Counted from the first letter of the stretch, positions 33,328 through 43,345 are shown. The stretch: 64,000 nucleotides of DNA from Roseovarius sp. (GCA_021775255.1 JAJFIA010000009.1:68772-132771); one strand, 5' to 3'. Notes: generated by a model not told the origin, from the letters alone. Numbers and translations are program-made.

Positions 33328-33543
33328 CCCGTGGCGCCTGGCGACACGGGCAGCGCCCGACCGCCCCCATGGGCGGGCGCTTCGCACACACCCTACGCTA
33401 GCTAAAAATTAGCATTTGATAGTGGGCAGACCATCTGGCGGTTTTGTGCGCGCGGCGTTTGAGATGCCAAAGGGTGGTGCGTGAAATCACGCACCCTACG
33501 ATTGTTGGAATGCGCCAAGATGAGCCATAAATGCACACCCTAC
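33328..33543. repeat. Cluster of palindromic repeats: two GC-rich hairpins plus three co-oriented GTAG-REP ends
   Basis: CCCGTG...CACGGG, AGCGCCCG...CGGGCGCT; CACCCTAC ending at 33396, 33499 and 33543; full REP at 33476-33499. Confidence 0.75.
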
Positions 33544-33582
33544 GGCTTGCTTTCAGCCAAGAGGGTGGATTTCATGTCAGTT

Positions 33583-34269
33583 CTATTCCATCCTGATTTC
33601 AGAAAGCAGCTTCTCACGCAGCGTCTCAATAGCGGCGTTCACACGTGGGCTTAGTTCATCGTACTTACCACCCGTCGAGTAAATCTGCCATCTGAGCTTT
33701 ATATGCAATTCTTTATCTTCTTTCTTTGGGTTTATGCCCAAATCCCATCCACTCAAAGTTGTCAGTGCTGCATAAACCTCTTGTCGAACATCAAAGAGTG
33801 TTTCAACGGCTTCTTTGACTTCGCTAGAACCCGTCAATGCTTCGTGCAACACTTGAAGATCTCTAAGGCGGTCGAAATCTTCTTTGTAACTCATCAAGCG
33901 TTTTGATTTGATCTCAATTGTTGCATCAAGACTATTCTCGGCATCTACCGGAACTTGCTCCATTGCACTTCGCACACTCGAAATCGCTAGTTTAACGTTG
34001 ATAGCTTTACTTAGTAGATGTTCTGCAGTTTCTGAAAGTCGTTTCGAAAGATGCTCGCTACGCCAAGTGTGCAATTGTCTATACCCAACACAAACACCCA
34101 AAGCTACCGCAATGAACATTCCCAACTGCGAAAGTGCTGCAATCCAATCGGTTACTGCCATCGCATTTTCGGGACTGCCTTGGCCGAGATTCCGGACGTT
34201 AACAGACAATAACTCTACTTCGACGGGCAAATGCTCAATATGAAGCTTCTGATCACCAATACTGGCCAT
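33583..34269 (-). CDS. Hypothetical AT-rich protein with one N-proximal TM helix (alternative start MAVTDW at 34161)
   Basis: 228-aa ORF starting 19 bp after pheS stop; visibly AT-richer than flanks. Confidence 0.7.
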   Translation of the reverse strand: MASIGDQKLHIEHLPVEVELLSVNVRNLGQGSPENAMAVTDWIAALSQLGMFIAVALGVCVGYRQLHTWRSEHLSKRLSETAEHLLSKAINVKLAISSVRSAMEQVPVDAENSLDATIEIKSKRLMSYKEDFDRLRDLQVLHEALTGSSEVKEAVETLFDVRQEVYAALTTLSGWDLGINPKKEDKELHIKLRWQIYSTGGKYDELSPRVNAAIETLREKLLSEIRME

Positions 34270-34287
34270 TTCAGGTCACCTTCACTC

Positions 34288-35361
34288 TCACCTACTCAAC
34301 CCCCCATGCAGCGTTGGCACATCCAAACCCGCGAACCCGTAATGCCTGAGCCAGCGCAGGTCTGAATCAAAGAACGCGCGCAGATCCGGGATGCCGTATT
34401 TCAGCATGGCAATCCGGTCGATGCCCAGACCAAAGGCAAAGCCCTGCCACTGGGATGGGTCGATGTTGCCCGCCTCCAGAACCTTGGGATGCACCATGCC
34501 GGAGCCGAGGATTTCCAGCCAGTCATCACCTTCCCCCACCTTCAAAGTGCCGTCCTGCCATGAGCAGCGGATATCAACCTCGGCCGAGGGTTCGGTGAAC
34601 GGAAAATGCGAGGCGCGAAAGCGCAGCTCGACATTATCGACCTCAAAGAACGCCTTCACGAATTCCTCAAGCGTCCACTTGAGGTTGGCCATGGAAATAT
34701 CGCGGTCAATCGCCAGCCCCTCGACCTGATGGAACATCGGCGTGTGGGTCTGGTCATAATCGGCGCGATAGACGCGGCCCGGTGCGATGATGCGCAACGG
34801 CGCGCCTTGGGCCTGCATGGTGCGGATTTGTACCGGGCTGGTATGGGTCCGTAGCACATGCGGCGGGCGCTCGTCATCCGCAGAACGGTGCATGTAAAAC
34901 GTATCCATCTCAGCCCGCGCCGGATGGTGGCCGGGGATGTTCAAGGCATCAAAATTATACCAATCGGTTTCAATCTGCGGCCCTTCGGCCACGGCAAAGC
35001 CCATATCGGCAAAAATTGCGGTGACCTCTTCCGAGACCTGAGAAATCGGGTGAATTGTGCCCTGACGGCGGCCCCGCGCGGGCAAGCTCACATCCAGCCA
35101 TTCGGTGCGCAGCCGTTCATCAAGGGCGGCATCGCCAAGGGCCTGTTTCCTGGCGGCCAAAGCTGAATTTATTTCATCCTTGAGGGCATTCAAGGCCGGG
35201 CCTGCAACCTGACGCTCTTCGGGGGTCATTTTGCCAAGCTCGCGCATTTTCAGGCTCACTTCACCCTTTTTGCCCACGGCGGTGACGCGCAGATCTTCCA
35301 GCGCATCCTCATCCGGGGCGGCGGCGATGGCGGTCAGGTATTTGTCTCGAAGTTCGGTCAT
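34288..35361 (-). CDS. pheS: Phenylalanine-tRNA ligase alpha subunit
   Basis: [54 protein letters not shown]. Confidence 0.98.
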   Translation of the reverse strand: MTELRDKYLTAIAAAPDEDALEDLRVTAVGKKGEVSLKMRELGKMTPEERQVAGPALNALKDEINSALAARKQALGDAALDERLRTEWLDVSLPARGRRQGTIHPISQVSEEVTAIFADMGFAVAEGPQIETDWYNFDALNIPGHHPARAEMDTFYMHRSADDERPPHVLRTHTSPVQIRTMQAQGAPLRIIAPGRVYRADYDQTHTPMFHQVEGLAIDRDISMANLKWTLEEFVKAFFEVDNVELRFRASHFPFTEPSAEVDIRCSWQDGTLKVGEGDDWLEILGSGMVHPKVLEAGNIDPSQWQGFAFGLGIDRIAMLKYGIPDLRAFFDSDLRWLRHYGFAGLDVPTLHGGLSR

Positions 35362-35422
35362 AATCTTGGTCCTGCGAATTGGCTTGCACGCGGGTTAGCG
35401 CGCATTCCCCCCGCTTGCAAGC

Positions 35423-36316
35423 TCAGGGCCGTTTCAGATGATGGATATATTCAGCGGTAAACGCGGTATAGCCATTGGCGGTCACGCGCAGATGCAGTTT
35501 CAGGTGGGTATGCAGATCGGGCAGCTTGTGGAATGGCACATTGGGCAATGTGTGATGCTCGACATGGTAGGGCATGTTCCACGCCAGAAACCGCACCAGA
35601 CGGGTGGTATAGGTGGTGCGGGTGTTTTCCAGCATATTGGCAACAAAGGCACAGCGGCCATGCTCGGCCAGAAGATACAATCGCAAGAAAGGCTGGCCCA
35701 GCAATAATGGCAAAATCCACACCCAGAAAAGCAGCGGCGTGAAGAACAGGCTGGGAAAGGCCAGCGCATAGAAGGCCAGCATCCATTGTGCATCGATCCG
35801 GATCCGCCGCCGGGCGCGCGCCGGGACAAACCCGCCGGGATCATGGCCAAGGGCATTGCGAAATGTCTGTTTTATCATGGCGATCCAGAACGGCAGACCC
35901 GAGATATGGATGATATAGGCCATCGGCGTTTCCGGCTTCATACCGGCCATCAATTCCGGGTCTTTGCCGGGGGTATTGGTAAACCGGTGATGCGCCAGAT
36001 GGAAATAGCGGAACCATTCAAACGGCAGCACGATCAGCAACCCGCAGATGCGCCCGACCATTTCATTGAGCCAGGCGGTTTTGAACGGGGTTTTATGGGT
36101 GGTTTCGTGCTCAAGGGTGAAAAGAAAACACAAGGCGATGCCCTGTAGCGGCAGAGCCAGACCCCAAAGTGGCAGGGACAGGGCGATCCAAATGCCAGAC
36201 ATCACGATCAGCCCGACATGCAAGGCCAGATGCCGCAGCCCGGCGCGGTCATTGGTCTGGTTCAGCATCGCCTGCGTTTCAGCGGGTAACGCGGCTATGA
36301 AGGTTTTGTGGTCCAT
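35423..36316 (-). CDS. Fatty-acid-desaturase-superfamily membrane di-iron enzyme
   Basis: His boxes HETTH, HLAHH, HVEHH. Confidence 0.85.
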   Translation of the reverse strand: MDHKTFIAALPAETQAMLNQTNDRAGLRHLALHVGLIVMSGIWIALSLPLWGLALPLQGIALCFLFTLEHETTHKTPFKTAWLNEMVGRICGLLIVLPFEWFRYFHLAHHRFTNTPGKDPELMAGMKPETPMAYIIHISGLPFWIAMIKQTFRNALGHDPGGFVPARARRRIRIDAQWMLAFYALAFPSLFFTPLLFWVWILPLLLGQPFLRLYLLAEHGRCAFVANMLENTRTTYTTRLVRFLAWNMPYHVEHHTLPNVPFHKLPDLHTHLKLHLRVTANGYTAFTAEYIHHLKRP

Positions 36317-36451
36317 GATGCAAATCATTTACATATTTCAGCTATCCCATGGAAATGATATTGTAGGGTTTTGCAGAATAACGCCCGGCAAAAGTTATTT
36401 TGTAAAAACAGGTTTTCGGGTATAACCCCCCGAAAACCAATGAGGCGGACC

Positions 36452-37495
36452 ATGCAGTTGTTATATGAGCTGTTCACAGCGTTCAAAGATCACGCATTCA
36501 ATACCCTGATCTACCCGCTTGATCCCAAGAATCGGATTTATGTGCTGTATCTGGCCACATCCGTCATATTGGCATTTTTTGCCTATAGCCGGATCAATAA
36601 AAACCGCGATGAAAAACCGGAAAATGAAACCTCGTTTTTGCAGTTTCTTTTTCCCCGCCATATCTGGAGCAGCCCTTCGGCCTGGCTGGATATCAGATAT
36701 TTCTTTTTCCACCAGTTGATTGGTAAATTCCTGATGCTCGGGCTAACCGCATGGGCGGCGGTGATGGTTTTTGGCTATGTTACCGGCAGCAGCAGTGCCG
36801 GGGCGCTTCCGGAGCCGTCTGAAAATGGCACGGCCATGGGTATCCTGCTGGCCATTGTCTATATGTTCGTGAGCCTGATGGTGGTGGATTTTGTGGCTTA
36901 CGTCACACATTATCTGCAACATAAAGTGCCGCTCTTATGGGAATTTCACAAGGTTCACCACTCTCTTGAGGTGATGCATCCGGTATCGAATTTCAGGGAG
37001 CATCCGGTTGATAATCTGGTCTACAATCTGTTTACCGGGGCGTCATTTGGCCTGATAACCGGGCTTGCGTATAATATATTCGGATATCTGCCCAACGTTC
37101 CATCGTTAATTGGCGTGCCGCTTTTGATGTTTGCATTCAATGCGGTAGGCTATAATCTGCGGCATTCGCATGTCTGGCTGCGCTGGCCGGGGCGCTGGTC
37201 AATGGTGTTTCCGTCACCGGCGCATCATCATGTGCATCACAGTTGTCATCCTGATCACATCGACAAGAATTTCGCATTCGTGTTTCCGATCTGGGACGTG
37301 ATTTTCAAAACCTATATCGTGCCCGAGGATAACCGCGATGTGCGCTTTGGCCTTGGCAGGGGGCAGGGGAAGGAATTCACATCCTGCTTCAAGCTGTATT
37401 ATATCCCTGTCCGCGATGCCTTTCGTCTGTTTCGCAAACGGCCTGCCCCGGAAAAAGATGTGAACCGGCCGACTGAGCAATCCTCATCCGGGTAA
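36452..37495 (+). CDS. Sterol desaturase / fatty acid hydroxylase family protein
   Basis: HYLQH, HKVHH, LRHSH, HHHVHH His boxes; several TM segments. Confidence 0.88.
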   Translation: MQLLYELFTAFKDHAFNTLIYPLDPKNRIYVLYLATSVILAFFAYSRINKNRDEKPENETSFLQFLFPRHIWSSPSAWLDIRYFFFHQLIGKFLMLGLTAWAAVMVFGYVTGSSSAGALPEPSENGTAMGILLAIVYMFVSLMVVDFVAYVTHYLQHKVPLLWEFHKVHHSLEVMHPVSNFREHPVDNLVYNLFTGASFGLITGLAYNIFGYLPNVPSLIGVPLLMFAFNAVGYNLRHSHVWLRWPGRWSMVFPSPAHHHVHHSCHPDHIDKNFAFVFPIWDVIFKTYIVPEDNRDVRFGLGRGQGKEFTSCFKLYYIPVRDAFRLFRKRPAPEKDVNRPTEQSSSG

Positions 37496-37565
37496 GTAAC
37501 CCGCATATTGTAAATCTCCCGGCTTTGCCGCAAAGTCCTCTCAAATCATTTGGGAGGACATCATC

Positions 37566-38678
37566 ATGCGCACCACCGCCGCCGTAGCCCTTGAAGCGGG
37601 CAAACCGCTTGAGATCATGGAGGTCAATCTTGACGGTCCCAAACCGGGCGAGGTTCTGGTTGAAATCAAGGCCACCGGGCTTTGCCATACCGATGAGTTT
37701 ACCCGCTCGGGCGCTGATCCGGAAGGCGCGTTTCCGGCGATTCTGGGCCATGAGGGTGCCGGTGTGGTGCTTGAGGTGGGTGCGGGTGTGACATCGCTCA
37801 AACCCGGCGATCATGTGATCCCGCTTTACACGCCGGAATGCCGTGAGTGTGACTATTGCCTCAACCCGAAAACCAACCTCTGTCAGGCGATCCGCACCAC
37901 GCAGGGCGCGGGCGTGATGCCGGATGGCACCAGCCGGTTCTCAATGCTCGATGGCACGCCGATCTTGCATTATATGGGGTGTTCCACCTTCGCCAACCAC
38001 ACGGTTCTGCCCGATATTGCCCTTGCCAAAGTGCGCAAGGACGCGCCGTTTGACAAGATCTGCTATATCGGCTGCGGCGTGACCACAGGCATAGGTGCTG
38101 TGATCAACACGGCCAAGGTTGAGATTGGCAGCCGGGCGATTGTGTTTGGCCTGGGCGGCATTGGGTTGAATGTGATTCAGGGCCTGCGCCTGGCGGGGGC
38201 GGATCAGATTGTGGGGGTTGATCTCAACCCCTCCAAGATCGAGATGGGCAAACGCTTTGGCATGACCGATTTTGTCAACCCGGCGGATGTTGCGGGCGAT
38301 CTTGTGGCGCATCTGGTTGAGCTGACGGGCGGCGGCGCGGATTACACCTTTGACGCGACCGGCAATGTTGGGGTGATGCGCACGGCGCTGGAGGCCGCGC
38401 ATAAGGGCTGGGGCGAGTCGATCATCATCGGCGTGGCGCCGGCAGGCGCGGAAATCTCGACCCGGCCGTTTCAGCTTGTCACCGGGCGTTCCTGGCGCGG
38501 CACCGCTTTTGGCGGCGCGCGCGGACGCACCGATGTGCCGAAGATTGTCGATTGGTACATGGAGGGCAAGATCGAGATCGACCCGATGATCACCCACAAC
38601 CTGAAGCTGGAAGAGATCAACCACGGGTTCGATCTGATGCATGAAGGCAAAAGCATCCGCGCGGTTGTCGAATACTGA
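37566..38678 (+). CDS. frmA: S-(hydroxymethyl)glutathione dehydrogenase (class III ADH)
   Basis: GLCHTD, GHEGAG, YTPECRECDYC, GCGVTTGIGA, GRSWRGTAFGG. Confidence 0.96.
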   Translation: MRTTAAVALEAGKPLEIMEVNLDGPKPGEVLVEIKATGLCHTDEFTRSGADPEGAFPAILGHEGAGVVLEVGAGVTSLKPGDHVIPLYTPECRECDYCLNPKTNLCQAIRTTQGAGVMPDGTSRFSMLDGTPILHYMGCSTFANHTVLPDIALAKVRKDAPFDKICYIGCGVTTGIGAVINTAKVEIGSRAIVFGLGGIGLNVIQGLRLAGADQIVGVDLNPSKIEMGKRFGMTDFVNPADVAGDLVAHLVELTGGGADYTFDATGNVGVMRTALEAAHKGWGESIIIGVAPAGAEISTRPFQLVTGRSWRGTAFGGARGRTDVPKIVDWYMEGKIEIDPMITHNLKLEEINHGFDLMHEGKSIRAVVEY

Positions 38679-38685
38679 GGCGCGC

Positions 38686-38705
38686 GTGGGTTGCACCCAC
38701 CCTAC
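38686..38705 (-). repeat. GTAG-type REP
   Basis: Reverse complement GTAGGGTGGGTGCAACCCAC, matches 43325-43344. Confidence 0.85.
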
Positions 38706-38810
38706 AAAAATTTGCAATGTTGCACAAAAGACTGTGCGCCATTGCGCCTTGCATGATCTCGGCTACAGTCCCAGATTTCATCAATCGTAAATACATCAAG
38801 GAGCCGCCCC

Positions 38811-39683
38811 ATGAGCAATGATACATACACCCCGCCTGACGTCTGGACATGGGAAACCGAAAGCGGCGGCGCGTTTGCCTCGATCAACCGGCCCATTGCC
38901 GGGGCGACCCATGATAAAGAACTGCCCATCGGCAAGCACCCGTTTCAGCTTTACTCCTTGGCCACGCCCAATGGGGTGAAAGTGACGGTGATGTTTGAGG
39001 AATTGCTGGCAGCGGGCCACAAGGGCGCCGAATATGATGCCTGGCGGATTGACATCGGTGAGGGCGATCAGTTTGGCAGCGGTTTTGTTGCCATCAACCC
39101 AAATTCCAAAATTCCGGCATTGGTGGACCGCAGTGGCGGCACGCCTCTGCGGGTATTTGAAAGCGGGGCCATCCTGCTGCATCTGGCCGAGAAGTTTGGC
39201 GCGTTTCTGCCCAAATCCGGGCCTCAGCGCACCGAAGTGATGAACTGGCTGTTCTGGCAGATGGGAAGCGCGCCTTATCTGGGCGGCGGATTTGGCCATT
39301 TCTACGCCTATGCGCCGGAAAAATGGCAGTATCCGATTGATCGTTTTGCCATGGAAGTGAAGCGTCAACTGGATGTGCTGGACCGGCAACTGGCGGATCA
39401 CACCTATATTGCGGGCGAAGAATACAGCATTGCCGATATGGCGATCTGGCCCTGGTATGGCAATCTGGTGCTGGGGCGTCAGTATGATGCGGGTACATTC
39501 CTGGATGTGAAAAGCTATAAACATGTGCTGCGCTGGGCCGAGATGCTTGAGGCCCGCCCGGCGGTGCAACGGGGCCGCATGGTCAACCGCAGCTTTGGCG
39601 ACCCGGCTTTGCAACTGCATGAGCGCCATGATGCCGGGGATTTCGATACACAGACACAAGACAAGATTGGCGAGGATGTGTAG
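38811..39683 (+). CDS. yghU: GSH-dependent disulfide-bond oxidoreductase (GST nu class)
   Basis: FASINRPIAG, YSLATPNG, NPNSKIPAL, FESGAIL. Confidence 0.9.
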   Translation: MSNDTYTPPDVWTWETESGGAFASINRPIAGATHDKELPIGKHPFQLYSLATPNGVKVTVMFEELLAAGHKGAEYDAWRIDIGEGDQFGSGFVAINPNSKIPALVDRSGGTPLRVFESGAILLHLAEKFGAFLPKSGPQRTEVMNWLFWQMGSAPYLGGGFGHFYAYAPEKWQYPIDRFAMEVKRQLDVLDRQLADHTYIAGEEYSIADMAIWPWYGNLVLGRQYDAGTFLDVKSYKHVLRWAEMLEARPAVQRGRMVNRSFGDPALQLHERHDAGDFDTQTQDKIGEDV

Positions 39684-39709
39684 CCGCGGTCTCCGGGGGC
39701 GCGCGCCAC

Positions 39710-40156
39710 ATGGCGGGTAAAATCCTGTTTGTCTGCCTTGGCAATATCTGCCGCTCGCCCGCTGCCGAGGCGGTGTTTTGCAGCCTTGCGCCCAAGGCTC
39801 AGGTAGATAGCGCAGGCACATCCGGCTGGCATATTGGTGATCCGCCTTACGGGCCAATGCAAAAAGCCGCAAAGGCGCGGGGCTATGATATGTCACACTT
39901 AAAGGCGCGGTTGTTTATTGCGGATGATTTTGACCAGTTCGATCTGATCATCGGGATGGATGATAAAAACCTGCGTGATATAGAAGCGCTGCGCCCTGAG
40001 GGGAATGCCACGCCCGCGCGCCTGTTCACCGATTACGCGCCGGGCGTGGGCATGGATCACGTCCCTGACCCCTATTACACCCGCGATTTTGACGGCGCGC
40101 TTGACTTGATCGAACTGGCCGCAGAAGGCTTGGTAAAAGAGTTTTCGACGCTCTGA
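39710..40156 (+). CDS. Low-molecular-weight protein-tyrosine phosphatase
   Basis: VCLGNICRSP P-loop, VPDPYY. Confidence 0.93.
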   Translation: MAGKILFVCLGNICRSPAAEAVFCSLAPKAQVDSAGTSGWHIGDPPYGPMQKAAKARGYDMSHLKARLFIADDFDQFDLIIGMDDKNLRDIEALRPEGNATPARLFTDYAPGVGMDHVPDPYYTRDFDGALDLIELAAEGLVKEFSTL

Positions 40157-40177
40157 CCCAGCCTCAGGAGGCACCCG

Positions 40178-41461
40178 ATGCCCGATCATTTCAACAGTCC
40201 CATATCAGATGTTGATCCGCTGATTGCCGATGCCCTGAACCATGAGGTAAAGCGTCAGCAGGATCAGATTGAGCTGATCGCCTCGGAAAACATCGTCAGC
40301 CGGGCGGTGCTGGACGCACTCGGCCATGTGGTGACCAACAAGACCCTTGAGGGTTATCCCGGTCACCGGTTTCACGGCGGGGGCCAATATGTGGACATCA
40401 TGGAACAGGCGGCGATTGATCGCGCCAAAGAGCTGTTTGATTGCGCCTATGCCAATGTGCAGCCGCATTCCGGCTCACAGGCCAATCTGGCGGTGTTTTT
40501 CCTGCTGCTTAATCCCGGTGACAAGGTTTTGTCGCTTGATCTGGCGGCGGGCGGGCATTTGTCGCACGGGCTTGGGGCCAATCTTTCGGGCCGCTGGTTT
40601 GAGGCGCATCATTACGGCGTTGATGCGACGACCGAGGTGATTGATTATGACGCGCTGGAGGCTCAGGCGCTGGCACTGCGGCCAAAACTGCTGATCGCCG
40701 GGGGCTCGGCCTATCCGCGCCGGATTAATTTTGAGCGCATGGCGGATATCGCCAAAAAGGCCGGTGCATGGCTTCATGTGGATATGGCGCATATCGCCGG
40801 GCTGGTGGCGGGGGGCATTCATGCCTCGCCCTTTCCCCACGCCGATATTGTCACCTGCACCACCACCAAAACCCTGCGTGGCCCGCGCGGCGGGGTGATC
40901 CTGACCAATAATCCCGAGTGGTTCAAACGCCTGCAATCGGCGGTGTTTCCCGGCGTGCAAGGGTCATTGCATAGCCAGGTTCTGGCCGCCAAAGCCGTGT
41001 GTTTCAATGAGGCTTTGACCGCGGAATTCAGCACCTATGCCAGCCAGGTTGTGACCAATGCCAAAGTGCTGGCTGAAACCCTGGGCGGGCGCGGCATTCG
41101 CATAGTCTCGGGCGGCACGGATACCCATATCGTGCTGCTTGATCTGAAATCCCGGGGCCTGACCGGGCAACAGGCCGAAAACATTCTGGCGCAGGCAAAC
41201 ATTACCAGCAACAAGAATCCGGTGCCGGATGATGCGCCACGCCCACCCGATTGGGTTGGCCTGCGCCTTGGCACCGGAGCGGCAACGACACGCGGGCTGA
41301 AACAAGCGGAATTTGCGGCACTGGGCGAGATTATCGCGTCCTTGATTAATGCCCAATCCTCGGAGGATGCGATGCAGGCGGTTGCCACCGCCCGCGGCAA
41401 GATCGCCGATATTTGCGCGGATTTTCCGATTTATGAAAATCAGGGCACTGAACCGAGATAA
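40178..41461 (+). CDS. SHMT paralogue resembling 2-methylserine hydroxymethyltransferase
   Basis: LIASEN and GGHLSHG retained, but EGYPGHRFHGGG and TCTTTKTLRGPRGG replace canonical EGYPGKRYYGG and TTTHKTLRGPRGG. Confidence 0.75.
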   Translation: MPDHFNSPISDVDPLIADALNHEVKRQQDQIELIASENIVSRAVLDALGHVVTNKTLEGYPGHRFHGGGQYVDIMEQAAIDRAKELFDCAYANVQPHSGSQANLAVFFLLLNPGDKVLSLDLAAGGHLSHGLGANLSGRWFEAHHYGVDATTEVIDYDALEAQALALRPKLLIAGGSAYPRRINFERMADIAKKAGAWLHVDMAHIAGLVAGGIHASPFPHADIVTCTTTKTLRGPRGGVILTNNPEWFKRLQSAVFPGVQGSLHSQVLAAKAVCFNEALTAEFSTYASQVVTNAKVLAETLGGRGIRIVSGGTDTHIVLLDLKSRGLTGQQAENILAQANITSNKNPVPDDAPRPPDWVGLRLGTGAATTRGLKQAEFAALGEIIASLINAQSSEDAMQAVATARGKIADICADFPIYENQGTEPR

Positions 41462-41618
41462 AACCATTGCGGCATGCTAACCGCAGCCAGGCGGCTATTT
41501 CCCAGGGCCATAAGAATTCGTAACAGGGTTTGCAAAATATCCCGCCTGATAATCACGAATTGCGCATGGCTCCGGGATATGTTTTGTCTTTCGCATCATA
41601 TATAACGGAGCCCACCCC

Positions 41619-42623
41619 ATGAATCTTGCCAAATTCCCCCGTGTCCGGCTGGCGCATCTGCCAACACCGCTTGAACATCTGCCACGCCTTTCCGAGCATC
41701 TTGGCGGGCCCGAGATATGGATCAAGCGCGATGATTGCACCGGGCTTTCAACCGGCGGCAATAAAACCCGCAAGCTGGAATTTCTGATGGCCGAGGCGCA
41801 GGCCGAGGGTGCCGATATTGTCCTGACCCAGGGTGCCACACAATCCAATCACGCCCGCCAAACCGCCGCAGCGGCGGCCAAACTGGGGCTTGACTGCCAT
41901 ATCCTGCTTGAGGATCGCACCGGCTATAACTTTGATAACTATAAGTATAATGGCAATGTATTGCTGGATCACCTGCACGGGGCCAGCATTGAACATCGCG
42001 GTCCTGATCTGGATATGCATGCCGAGATGGAAGCCGTGGCTGACGGGTTCCGCGCCAAGGGGCGCCGCGCCTATGTCATCCCCGGTGGTGGCTCAAACCC
42101 GACCGGTGCTTTGGGCTATGTCAACTGTGCGTTTGAGATGCTGTATCAGTTTGTTGATAAGGGCCTCAATGTTGATCACATCGTTCACGCCACCGGCAGT
42201 GCGGGCACGCAAGCGGGCCTGATCACCGGTTTGAAGGCGATGAATGCAGGCATACCGCTTCTGGGCATCGGTGTGCGCGCGCCAAAGCAAAAGCAAGAGG
42301 AAAACGTGTTTCACCTGGCGGTAAAAACTGCTGAAAAACTGGGCTGCCCCGGTGTGGTGGCGCGCGAAGATGTGGTTGCCAACACCGATTATGTCGGGCC
42401 CGGCTATGGCCTGCCCGCCGAGGATACACTGGAGGCGATTGATCTTTTTGCCAAATTGGAAGCCATCCTGCTTGATCCGGTCTATTCCGGCAAAGGGGCG
42501 GCCGGCCTGATTGATCTCATCCGCAAGGGGCATTTCAAAAAAGGCGAAAAAATTGTGTTTCTGCATACTGGCGGCGCGATTGGCCTGACCGGCTATCTGC
42601 ATTGCTTTGACGTGGCAAAATGA
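41619..42623 (+). CDS. cuyA: Cysteate sulfo-lyase (D-cysteine desulfhydrase/ACC deaminase family, PLP)
   Basis: [55 protein letters not shown]; closely resembles Ruegeria CuyA from memory. Confidence 0.8.
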   Translation: MNLAKFPRVRLAHLPTPLEHLPRLSEHLGGPEIWIKRDDCTGLSTGGNKTRKLEFLMAEAQAEGADIVLTQGATQSNHARQTAAAAAKLGLDCHILLEDRTGYNFDNYKYNGNVLLDHLHGASIEHRGPDLDMHAEMEAVADGFRAKGRRAYVIPGGGSNPTGALGYVNCAFEMLYQFVDKGLNVDHIVHATGSAGTQAGLITGLKAMNAGIPLLGIGVRAPKQKQEENVFHLAVKTAEKLGCPGVVAREDVVANTDYVGPGYGLPAEDTLEAIDLFAKLEAILLDPVYSGKGAAGLIDLIRKGHFKKGEKIVFLHTGGAIGLTGYLHCFDVAK

Positions 42624-43297
42624 AGCCGGTGGGCGTGCTTGGCGGGATGGGGCCGGAGGCGACCATCCTGTTGATGCAAAAGGTGCTGAATGCCGTGTCG
42701 GCACAGGATGACGCGGATCATATCCCGCTTATCGTGCATCAAAACCCGCAGGTGCCCAGCCGCATTGCGGCGCTGATCGAGGGCACCGGCGATGACCCTG
42801 GCCCAACCCTTGCCCGCATGGCAAGGGAGCTTGAACATGCGGGCGCAAAAGCCTTGGCAATGCCCTGCAACACCGCGCATCATTATGCCAAACAGGTTGC
42901 GGCGGCCACGGATTTGCCATTCCTCAATATGCTTGATCTGACAGCATTGGCACTGGCCCGGACCGGTGCCAGAAACATCGGTATGCTGGCCTCGCCGGCA
43001 ACCCGGTTGGCGGGGGTGTTTGACAAGGTCTTTGCCTGCCATGGGCTGCGCCCGGTCTGGGCCGATGATGAGTCTGGTATTTTCACCATCATCAAGGCGG
43101 TCAAAGCCGGGCAGCGCGCGGATCAACTGGGCAATTTACTGACGATTGAGGCGCAGGGTCTGATGCGGCAGGGTGCCGAGCATTTGCTGATTGCCTGCAC
43201 GGAATTATCCCTGCTGACCGGGTATTTGCCCGATGGGATGCCGTGGACCGACAGCCTTGATTGCCTCACCGATGCGATCGTGGATTTTGCCACTTGA
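42620..43297 (+). CDS. Aspartate/glutamate racemase family, putative cysteate racemase
   Basis: [19 protein letters not shown] two-Cys motifs; ATGA overlap with cuyA. Confidence 0.85.
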   Translation: MKPVGVLGGMGPEATILLMQKVLNAVSAQDDADHIPLIVHQNPQVPSRIAALIEGTGDDPGPTLARMARELEHAGAKALAMPCNTAHHYAKQVAAATDLPFLNMLDLTALALARTGARNIGMLASPATRLAGVFDKVFACHGLRPVWADDESGIFTIIKAVKAGQRADQLGNLLTIEAQGLMRQGAEHLLIACTELSLLTGYLPDGMPWTDSLDCLTDAIVDFAT

Positions 43298-43324
43298 TGC
43301 CGGTTCTCACGGGTTTTGACAAAT

Positions 43325-43345
43325 GTAGGGTGGGTGCAACCCACC
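43325..43345 (+). repeat. GTAG-type REP
   Basis: GTAGGGTGGGTGCAACCCACC in the convergent racemase/valS gap. Confidence 0.85.

Noticed and set aside
33328-33543. Repeat cluster as a CRISPR array
   Set aside because: Units are unequal, irregularly spaced and REP-like; no cas genes.
38796-39896. 366-aa minus-strand ORF
   Set aside because: Antisense to yghU and the phosphatase; shadow frame.
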